This document shows positions 27,402 to 34,367 of a stretch of DNA of 36,695 bases, in pieces; position 1 is the stretch's first letter, and each line of letters starts with the position of its first letter. Under the pieces are notes generated by a model that was not told the origin of the DNA, did no database searches, and saw only the letters and a program-made list of their open reading frames with translations. Where the stretch lies: NCBI GenBank assembly GCA_020349965.1, contig CP070705.1:2134905-2171599 (forward strand). Reading direction: 5' to 3'. The DNA comes from a candidate division WOR-3 bacterium. GTDB taxonomy: Bacteria; Hydrothermota; Tepidihabitantia; SM23-42. Position numbers and translations under genes: made by a program.

Positions 27402-28088
27402 CTAAATCAACGTAGCGATGAAGGCCACCAATATGACGATGAGTAAGGAAGGCAATAGGTTGGCGACCTTAATGATTTTTATGTTGAGCAGCTTCAAACC
27501 GATAGCGAAGATCATGATGCCGCCGACACCTGTAAAGTCGTTCAGGTATGCCGGATTCGTGAGGAAACTGAATTGCCGGGCGAGTAGTGTCAGCCCACCC
27601 TGGATGACGAGCACGGTTGCCGCCGAGAAGATGACGCCCATACCCATGGCCGAGGCGAGAATGATCGATGACACGCCGTCCATCAGTGATTTGATAAAAA
27701 GCAGTTCAGGTTTGTTCTGAAGGCCGGCCTGTATCGAACCGAGTATTGTCATTGGTCCGACACAGAAGAGCAGGCTGGCAAAGACGAATCCCTGGGCAAA
27801 GGACGTCTCGCCTTGTCTCTTCACGAGACGCTTTAGTCTCTCGCCGATGGATCCGAGGAATTCTTCGATGTGTAATAGTTCGCCGCATACTCCGCCTAGT
27901 ATCACACTCAAGATGACGACTAGAGGCCTTTCCATCTGGATACCCATTCTTACGCCCAGAACGCAGGTGAATAGGCCAAGGCCGACCATGATCATTTTGC
28001 TGATGTCTTCGGGTATACCTTTTCGCAGAATCAATCCTAGGATGCTGCCGACAGCGACGAGGATAATGTTGACCACCGTGCCAATCAT
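27402..28088 (-). CDS. DUF554 family membrane protein
   Basis: MIGTVVN, GFVFASLLFCVGPMTILGS, KSLMDG and IKVANLLPSL. Confidence 0.92.
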   Translation of the reverse strand: MIGTVVNIILVAVGSILGLILRKGIPEDISKMIMVGLGLFTCVLGVRMGIQMERPLVVILSVILGGVCGELLHIEEFLGSIGERLKRLVKRQGETSFAQGFVFASLLFCVGPMTILGSIQAGLQNKPELLFIKSLMDGVSSIILASAMGMGVIFSAATVLVIQGGLTLLARQFSFLTNPAYLNDFTGVGGIMIFAIGLKLLNIKIIKVANLLPSLLIVILVAFIATLI

Positions 28089-28094
28089 GATGTA

Positions 28095-28122
28095 ATTATA
28101 CGCACCGCCATTGGAAATTCAA
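28095..28122 (-). promoter_or_regulatory. Putative leaderless promoter of the DUF554 gene
   Basis: TTGAAT-16 nt-TATAAT, ending 6 nt before the ATG at 28088. Confidence 0.55.
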
Positions 28123-28133
28123 TGTATACGCTT

Positions 28134-28165
28134 TTCATGAATTCGCTAATTGGCGAATTCATGAA
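28134..28165. repeat. 32-bp near-perfect palindrome, candidate operator
   Basis: TTCATGAATTCGC-TAATTG-GCGAATTCATGAA between the divergent DUF554 and ArsR genes. Confidence 0.75.
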
Positions 28166-28215
28166 TTTATTGTTGTTGAGCGATGGATGGTATTTGTATT
28201 ATATTTATAGGAAAG

Positions 28216-28533
28216 ATGAGAAATGAAAAGAGAAGAGTACCCGAAATCCACTACCGGAGTTCACGGATATGTAGAGTGCTGGGTAATCCAACGGCATACC
28301 AGATAGTCAAGCTTCTGATACGAAACTGTCATACTCCGTCGGCCATTGCTGTGAAGCTGAAGCTTTCAATCACTACGGTCAGCACCATCTTGAGGCACCT
28401 TAGGCAGATCGATGTTGTACGCTACGAGAATCTACGCGAGGGTAAGGTGTATTTCATTAAGGACAATACGATTGTCTCAGCCCTCGACCAGATCGAGGTG
28501 CTGGTCAAGCGTCTAAGGAGCCGCGAATACTGA
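28216..28533 (+). CDS. ArsR/SmtB-family winged-helix transcriptional regulator
   Basis: RVLGNPTAYQIVKLL, TPSAIAVKLKLSITTVSTILRHLR and REGKVYF; ATG at 28216 preferred over 28183. Confidence 0.8.
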   Translation: MRNEKRRVPEIHYRSSRICRVLGNPTAYQIVKLLIRNCHTPSAIAVKLKLSITTVSTILRHLRQIDVVRYENLREGKVYFIKDNTIVSALDQIEVLVKRLRSREY

Positions 28534-28551
28534 GTAATATTCTATAAGTGA

Positions 28552-28902
28552 CTATTTCGCTCCGGCTTTGAAGACGACCGTCGTGAATAGCTCGATGAAG
28601 AAGCCGTAGATGATTCCCATTATGATCGTACCCACGAAGATATACATTTCTTTGCCCGGGACGTAGAAACCCTGTAGAGCCATCGGAATGCTGAAGATGA
28701 AGCCCATCATGATACCGTGCAGCCACCATTTGATCTTTAGGACGCTGATGCCGATGGCAAAACCGATGAGGGTGCGGCCCAGAATGGTCGATAAGGCAAA
28801 GAACCAGGGGGTCGGTCCTTCGGACGACGCCAGGATCCAGCATACCACGCCGGAGATAACACCGAATATTGTTGCGATGAGCAGCCTCTTTACGTTCAAC
28901 AT
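28552..28902 (-). CDS. Small hypothetical membrane protein (about 4 TM)
   Basis: 116 aa hydrophobic protein with a strong SD GGAGG and an upstream TTGACA-16-TATCCT. Confidence 0.8.
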   Translation of the reverse strand: MLNVKRLLIATIFGVISGVVCWILASSEGPTPWFFALSTILGRTLIGFAIGISVLKIKWWLHGIMMGFIFSIPMALQGFYVPGKEMYIFVGTIIMGIIYGFFIELFTTVVFKAGAK

Positions 28903-28920
28903 ACGACCTCCTTTGTATCA

Positions 28921-28993
28921 AGGATAACGGATCAGATATCGATGTCAAGGCAATTGCATAATGCGTTGACATGTGTCTATTTATGTATAAACT
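28921..28993. promoter_or_regulatory. Back-to-back divergent promoters
   Basis: Minus strand: TTGACA (28948-28943)-16-TATCCT (28926-28921). Plus strand: TTGACA (28966-28971)-16-TAAACT (28988-28993). Confidence 0.55.
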
Positions 28994-29085
28994 CAGTGTT
29001 AATAAGAATTTGGTAGACTTAGGTTGGGATTGACTGAAACTTATTCCCTGGGTCACACGTATAGATATTGAGGAAAGGAGATGAG

Positions 29086-29760
29086 ATGAGCATCATGGAT
29101 ATATACTTTGCACCAAGTAAGATATTCTCCACCCTGCGAGAAAAACCCCGATGGATCACGCCGCTTATAATCATTGTCGTAGTCATTGCCCTGACAGCGG
29201 GTCTGACCATGACGTTTGCCCGCGAGGCGATATTGAGCCAGCAGGAGGAGGTGCTGAGAAACAGGGGCTTGACCGAAGAGCAGTTGCAACAGGCGATGGA
29301 GTTCACCTCTGGTCCGCTCGCTGCAATCTCGAGCGCAGTCAGCGCCGTGATCTTCACGGTTATCTTGTTGCTGATTTTCGCGCTGGTGGTGAATCTATTC
29401 ATTCCTCTGTTCGGCGGCGAGAGCGGTTTCAAGAAGGTCTTTTCGGTGATATGCCATGCCATGCTTGTGGTTGTACCTGCCGCTGTGTTGAAAGTCATCA
29501 TTGTGGCGCTCAGCAAGTCGCCGTATGTGACAACGTCGTTGGCCCTTCTGGGGCCAAACCTCGACAAGGGGTCGTTCGCATATCAACTATTGGCCGGTTT
29601 TGATGTTTTCACGATCTGGGAAATGATACTTGTCGCCCTGGGCATCAGCATAACGAACAGCTTGGTCAAGAAAAATGCTTACATCCTGGTCTTCTTGGTC
29701 TGGTTTGTATCAATCTTCATTGGTATTGGTCTGGGAAGCATTTTCGGCCGCGGGATGTAG
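29086..29760 (+). CDS. Yip1 family membrane protein (YknW-like)
   Basis: MSIMDIYFAPSKIFSTLREKPRW, GFKKVFSV and FDVFTIW; SD AAAGGAG; first gene of the exporter operon. Confidence 0.85.
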   Translation: MSIMDIYFAPSKIFSTLREKPRWITPLIIIVVVIALTAGLTMTFAREAILSQQEEVLRNRGLTEEQLQQAMEFTSGPLAAISSAVSAVIFTVILLLIFALVVNLFIPLFGGESGFKKVFSVICHAMLVVVPAAVLKVIIVALSKSPYVTTSLALLGPNLDKGSFAYQLLAGFDVFTIWEMILVALGISITNSLVKKNAYILVFLVWFVSIFIGIGLGSIFGRGM

Positions 29761-29788
29761 GCGGTCAATCTTGGCTCAAAATTAGTGT

Positions 29789-31027
29789 ATGGTGTTCTTA
29801 TTCTTGTGTATGCAGATTGATTCGGTATCGATCGACCAGGCGATCGAGATTGCCCTTGAGAATAGCCCAATTTACGGAGAATCCAAGGTGTCATTAGATC
29901 AATCACGTATCCAGTTCTATCAGGTACTCTCCGAACTGTTGCCGACGGTATATGCCACTGGTACTTACACAAAGACCGAGCATGGAGGTTTGACAACCAG
30001 CGGCTATGATGGTTCTCTCCAACTGACCATGCCTCTGTTCGACCTCGACATCATCAGCTCGATCTTTGTGGCGCGGAGGCAGGTGAAAGGCAGTTCGATT
30101 CAGCACCAGGCGGATGTGTCCAACCTCATATTGCGAATCAAAACGGCTTACTATGACTTGATAAATGCGCTCGAACTGACAAAGGCGTCGGAGGTCACGA
30201 TCGAAAGGGCTCGTGAGAATCTGAAACTGGTCGAGGCTAAGTATGAACTGGGTGCTGCATCACGGCTCGAATTATTACAAGGAGAAGTCTTCTATTTGAA
30301 CGCGGAGCAGGACAGGTCAAGAGCCAGGACACTTGAGATATCGGCACAGGAGGAGCTGAAGTCGCTCATGGGTATTTCAGAAGGCATTTATCCGACTGAT
30401 CAGCTCATCGAGCCTCAATTGGATGAAATACCGGATCTCGATACATTAATGCTGCAACTGCATGATGTAAATTATGAAATACTAATTGCGTCGGAGTACA
30501 GAAGTACTGCAAAGGCGAATTACATTGCTTCGTACCTTGCATTCCTTCCTCGTGTTTCGCTTTTTTACGGCTACAACATGAGCAGCGATTCTCTTATCTT
30601 TGATTTTGAATATTATAGAGACAATGCAGTCAAAAGTTACGGCATCAGCGTGAATTTTCCTATCTTCGAGATAAAACAGCTGGTGTTCAAGTGGCTCAAT
30701 GCCAAGAAAGACCTACAGAGGAGCGATCTTGCGCAGCGCCGGGCGGAGTTGGAGGCTGAAAAGATTTTGCGGACAACATACTACTCGCTCCAAGAATCGC
30801 TGGACAAGCTTCTGCTTGCAAACAAGAGTCTGGATGCCGCCAAAGAAGCGGCTGTCATATCGAGGGAGCAGTATGCGTTGGGGGCGACTTCCTTTCTGGA
30901 TTTCTTGACTGCCGAGCAATCTGTTTACGATGCCCTCGTTTCATACACTTCGGCGCTCAGTGACTACTACAAACAGCAGGCTTCTTTCTCCTATGTTTTG
31001 GGTACCTCCGTACTCAGTAAGGAGTAG
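29789..31027 (+). CDS. TolC-family outer membrane efflux protein
   Basis: SIDQAIEIALENSP, KTAYYDL and duplicated YELGAASRLELL / YALGATSFLDFL motifs. Confidence 0.9.
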   Translation: MVFLFLCMQIDSVSIDQAIEIALENSPIYGESKVSLDQSRIQFYQVLSELLPTVYATGTYTKTEHGGLTTSGYDGSLQLTMPLFDLDIISSIFVARRQVKGSSIQHQADVSNLILRIKTAYYDLINALELTKASEVTIERARENLKLVEAKYELGAASRLELLQGEVFYLNAEQDRSRARTLEISAQEELKSLMGISEGIYPTDQLIEPQLDEIPDLDTLMLQLHDVNYEILIASEYRSTAKANYIASYLAFLPRVSLFYGYNMSSDSLIFDFEYYRDNAVKSYGISVNFPIFEIKQLVFKWLNAKKDLQRSDLAQRRAELEAEKILRTTYYSLQESLDKLLLANKSLDAAKEAAVISREQYALGATSFLDFLTAEQSVYDALVSYTSALSDYYKQQASFSYVLGTSVLSKE

Positions 31028-31029
31028 TA

Positions 31030-32157
31030 ATGAATAAAAAGAGATTGTTGATAATTGTCGGCGCGGTTGTCGTTATCATATTGATCGTAGTATTGAATTT
31101 AAGCCAGGGTGACTCGGGCGAAAAGGTTGAGGTCGAGCTGGTCAAGGTGGGGAATGTGACGTCGGTTGTTACATCTTCTGGTGAACTAAAGGCTGGGTCA
31201 CAGGTTGATATTTCTGCAGAGACGATCGCCCGCGTGCGTAGGATCAACTATCGCGAGGGTCATTATGTTAAAAAGGGTGACCTGCTCATCGAGCTCGATG
31301 ATGTACAGGCCGATGCGACACGGAAACTGGCCCTGGCCAAATTCGAGCAATCAGAACAGGACTTGTTGCGTGCCCAAAAGCTCTTAGAGAAAGAGTTGAT
31401 ATCGCAGGAAAGTTATGAACGTATTGACCTCAGCTACAAGACCGCCACAGCATCGTACGAGCAGGCGCTTGATGCTTATCGCAAGACCAGGGTTTACGCG
31501 CCTATTTCTGGTAAAGTTATGAAGGTGAACGTTGAGGAGGGTGAGACCGCGGTCATGGGTGCATTGAATTATGGTGGTACGGTTATGATGACTATTGCCG
31601 ATATGTCACAGATGATCGCCGTCGTCAAGATCGACGAAACGGATGTGCCCGACGTCAAAGTTGGGCAGCAAGCTGAGGTCATTGCCGACGCGATGCCCGA
31701 CTCGGCATACGGAGGCATGGTCACCAAGGTCGGTCTAATGCCCATTACGAGCGGGCTGGGAACCGATGGTGTTACCGACTTTGAGGTCGAAATAAGAATG
31801 AGTGAATTTTCTCCACTGCTCAGGCCGGGGATGAATGTCAAAGCCGAAATCACAACGGGTGAGAAATCAGGTGTTCTGACGATCCCTATTCAAGCCTCGG
31901 GTAAGAGAGAGCTCGATGATGAGTTGGTGGAGACGGTGTTCGTGGTGATCGGCGGCAAGGCAAAATTGACGAAGATAGTGGCCGGGATCTCCAGTGATAC
32001 GAAAACAGAGGTCATCAGCGGCATAGCAGAGAATGATACGATAATCATTGGTCCTTATCGAGTATTGAGCAAATTGAAGGATGGCCAGAAGGTGAGTTTT
32101 GACGAAGTAGAAGAGGATACGAGCAAGGCTGCGCAGAATAGGGATCTTGAAGAGTGA
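31030..32157 (+). CDS. MacA-like periplasmic adaptor (membrane fusion protein)
   Basis: N-terminal anchor, VKKGDLLIELD, APISGKV, IDETDV and LRPGMNV. Confidence 0.93.
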   Translation: MNKKRLLIIVGAVVVIILIVVLNLSQGDSGEKVEVELVKVGNVTSVVTSSGELKAGSQVDISAETIARVRRINYREGHYVKKGDLLIELDDVQADATRKLALAKFEQSEQDLLRAQKLLEKELISQESYERIDLSYKTATASYEQALDAYRKTRVYAPISGKVMKVNVEEGETAVMGALNYGGTVMMTIADMSQMIAVVKIDETDVPDVKVGQQAEVIADAMPDSAYGGMVTKVGLMPITSGLGTDGVTDFEVEIRMSEFSPLLRPGMNVKAEITTGEKSGVLTIPIQASGKRELDDELVETVFVVIGGKAKLTKIVAGISSDTKTEVISGIAENDTIIIGPYRVLSKLKDGQKVSFDEVEEDTSKAAQNRDLEE

Positions 32158-32173
32158 TGAAAGCTGGCAACGG

Positions 32174-32866
32174 ATGATCATGACAAAAGGACGAGAGACA
32201 ATCTGCCGGGCGCTGGACATCCACAAGACTTACTGGCGGGGTAAGGTTGCGGTCCAGGCCTTGCGCGGTGTGACGCTGGAGATAAGGACGAATGACTATG
32301 TATCCATAATGGGTGCTTCGGGATCTGGCAAGTCGACGCTCATTCATATTCTGAGCTGCCTCGATACTCCGACAAAAGGTGAGTACTTTCTCGAGGATAA
32401 GCTCGTATCAAGCTATACCGACGCGGAACTGGCAGGTGCGAGAAACATGTTCTTCGGTTTTGTCTTTCAGAGTTTTAGTCTGCTGCCCAGGCTGACGGCC
32501 ATCGACAACGTCGCTTTGCCGCTCGTATATGCCGGAGTGAAGAAACGCGACAGAAATCAGCGGTCTGCGGAGATACTCAAGAAGATTGGTCTGGGCGATC
32601 GTATTAATCACCGCCCGAACGAAATGTCAGGTGGCGAATGCCAGCGTGTTGCGATCGCCAGGGCGCTTGTCAATACGCCCAAGGTCATCTTCGCCGATGA
32701 ACCGACCGGCAATCTCGATTCGAAGACCGGCAGCGAGATAATGGAGATTTTCGACAGGATCGTTGAGGAAGGTAACACCGTAGTCATGGTGACACATGAT
32801 TCGAATGTTGCATCGCACGCAAAGAAAATCGTAAGTTTGAAGGACGGGTTGATCGATGGTGAATGA
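32174..32866 (+). CDS. MacB/LolD-like ABC transporter ATP-binding protein
   Basis: GASGSGKST, MSGGECQRVAIARAL, ADEPTGNLD and VTHD; start is 32174 or 32180. Confidence 0.95.
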   Translation: MIMTKGRETICRALDIHKTYWRGKVAVQALRGVTLEIRTNDYVSIMGASGSGKSTLIHILSCLDTPTKGEYFLEDKLVSSYTDAELAGARNMFFGFVFQSFSLLPRLTAIDNVALPLVYAGVKKRDRNQRSAEILKKIGLGDRINHRPNEMSGGECQRVAIARALVNTPKVIFADEPTGNLDSKTGSEIMEIFDRIVEEGNTVVMVTHDSNVASHAKKIVSLKDGLIDGE

Positions 32867-34106
32867 TGTTCTGAACAAGATTTCGCTCTCCGTGCAAACA
32901 TTCAGGACGCACCGGCTGAGATCCTTCCTTACGGCTCTTGGCATTATCATCGGTGTGAGTACGGTCATAGCGATCCTTTCCCTCATCGAAGGGTTGAACC
33001 GATCAGTGGCCGAACAGATTCAGTCGATCGGCTCGGATCTGGTATTTCTCTCAAAATCACCGATTGTCCTTGCCGGCCCGCAGAACATTGAAGAGATTGC
33101 CAATCGTCCCGATTTGACGCCCGATGATGCATTGGCGATCAGTGAATTACCTTCGGTTGAGATAGCGATCCCGGACATTTCGCAGCGGCTTAACAAATTG
33201 AAGTACCGGGACAAAGAGATTGCCAACGTTCGTATAAGGGGCACGACCGAAAAGTTCTCATCGGTCAACAACCGGTTCATCGAGAGTGGGCGTGATTTTA
33301 CCAAGGATGATGTCACGCACCGCCGGAGCGTGTGTGCGATAGGTTCATATGTAGCCAAGAATCTCTTTCCCGATGAATCACCGGTCGGTAAGGAGCTGAA
33401 CGTGCGCGGACATCGGATCAAGATAATCGGCGTGCACCGAGAAAAAGGAGCATTCTTGGGGCAGAGCATGGATAACATGTTGGTGATCCCCTACACCTTC
33501 TATGAGAAGATTTACCCAAGCCGAGGCGAATCGGTATTTGAACGGGCATTTTTTGGTTACTCGATTGATATAAAACCAAAGAAAGGTCAGGTTGAGAGAG
33601 TGACCGATGAAGTGAGAGAACTGATGCGGCGCAGGCACAGACTTCCTTTCGATAAGAAGGATGATTTCGAACTGGGCACGCAACAGATGTTGATGGAGAT
33701 CTACCAGAACATCACCAGGGTCGGCTTCATTGCGATTGTAGCGATAGCGGCCATCTCCCTTGTCGTGGGCGGCATCGGCATCATGAATATCATGCTGGTT
33801 TCCGTGGCCGAGCGCACGAGAGAAATCGGTATACGAAAGGCCGTTGGTGCTTCGAACCAGAATATTCTTTCCCAATTTCTAGTAGAGTCGGTCTTTCTTG
33901 CCCTAGTTGGCGGTGTCATTGGAATCTTGCTGGGTCTTTTGCTCGCTTGGTTGATCTCCATTGTCTCACCGCTCAAAGCATCGGTATCTTTCTGGATGGT
34001 TCTGCTTGGCTTTGGATTTTCGGCTGCCGTTGGAATATTCTTCGGCATATACCCGGCGCGTCGTGCAGCCGGCCTCAATCCTATAGAGGCACTGCGATAC
34101 GAATAA
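32856..34106 (+). CDS. MacB/FtsX-like ABC transporter permease
   Basis: RSFLTALGIIIGV, VGGIGIMNIMLVSVAERTREIGIRKAVGA and PIEALRYE. Confidence 0.95.
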   Translation: MVNDVLNKISLSVQTFRTHRLRSFLTALGIIIGVSTVIAILSLIEGLNRSVAEQIQSIGSDLVFLSKSPIVLAGPQNIEEIANRPDLTPDDALAISELPSVEIAIPDISQRLNKLKYRDKEIANVRIRGTTEKFSSVNNRFIESGRDFTKDDVTHRRSVCAIGSYVAKNLFPDESPVGKELNVRGHRIKIIGVHREKGAFLGQSMDNMLVIPYTFYEKIYPSRGESVFERAFFGYSIDIKPKKGQVERVTDEVRELMRRRHRLPFDKKDDFELGTQQMLMEIYQNITRVGFIAIVAIAAISLVVGGIGIMNIMLVSVAERTREIGIRKAVGASNQNILSQFLVESVFLALVGGVIGILLGLLLAWLISIVSPLKASVSFWMVLLGFGFSAAVGIFFGIYPARRAAGLNPIEALRYE

Positions 34107-34107
34107 A

Positions 34108-34171
34108 CCCGTGTTGGCACCGGCGAGAGCTTTCAGCCCGTTTTCACGGAACTGAAGATACCCAACACGGG
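34108..34171. repeat. Stem-loop immediately after the exporter operon
   Basis: CCCGTGTTGG (34108-34117) pairs with CCAACACGGG (34162-34171), enclosing TTCAG/CTGAA and CCGT/ACGG inner stems; no U tract follows. Confidence 0.6.
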
Positions 34172-34268
34172 AAATACGAAATCCTAAGCACCAAACTCTA
34201 AGCAAATCTCAAATTCAAAATTCCAATGACCGAACCGTTTTGAATTTAGTGTTTCGAATTTCGGATTT
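34172..34268. repeat. Degenerate heptamer tandem repeats arranged as a long imperfect inverted repeat
   Basis: A-rich units AAATACG AAATCCT AAGCACC AAACTCT...AAATCTC AAATTCA AAATTCC are followed by complementary T-rich units AATTTAG TGTTTCG AATTTCG GATTT. Confidence 0.7.
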
Positions 34269-34329
34269 GAGATGGAAAGCGCCGCCGGCCAATGTTTTTT
34301 CCTCGTCGAGTCGGGGTCTGGGCCGTCAG

Positions 34330-34358
34330 TTGACTTCTTTTGGGTCACCGGTTATAAT
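34330..34358 (+). promoter_or_regulatory. Sigma70-type promoter of the GGDEF gene
   Basis: TTGACT-17 nt-TATAAT, ending 9 nt before the ATG at 34368. Confidence 0.7.
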
Positions 34359-34367
34359 CAAGTGTAC

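Noticed and set aside
28505-29567. Long minus-strand ORFs 28505-29056 and 29019-29567
   Set aside because: They overlap better-supported genes and promoters in other frames or on the other strand, and lack motifs.
34172-34268. CRISPR array reading of the repeats
   Set aside because: The units are degenerate 7-mers with no spacers, and no cas genes are present.
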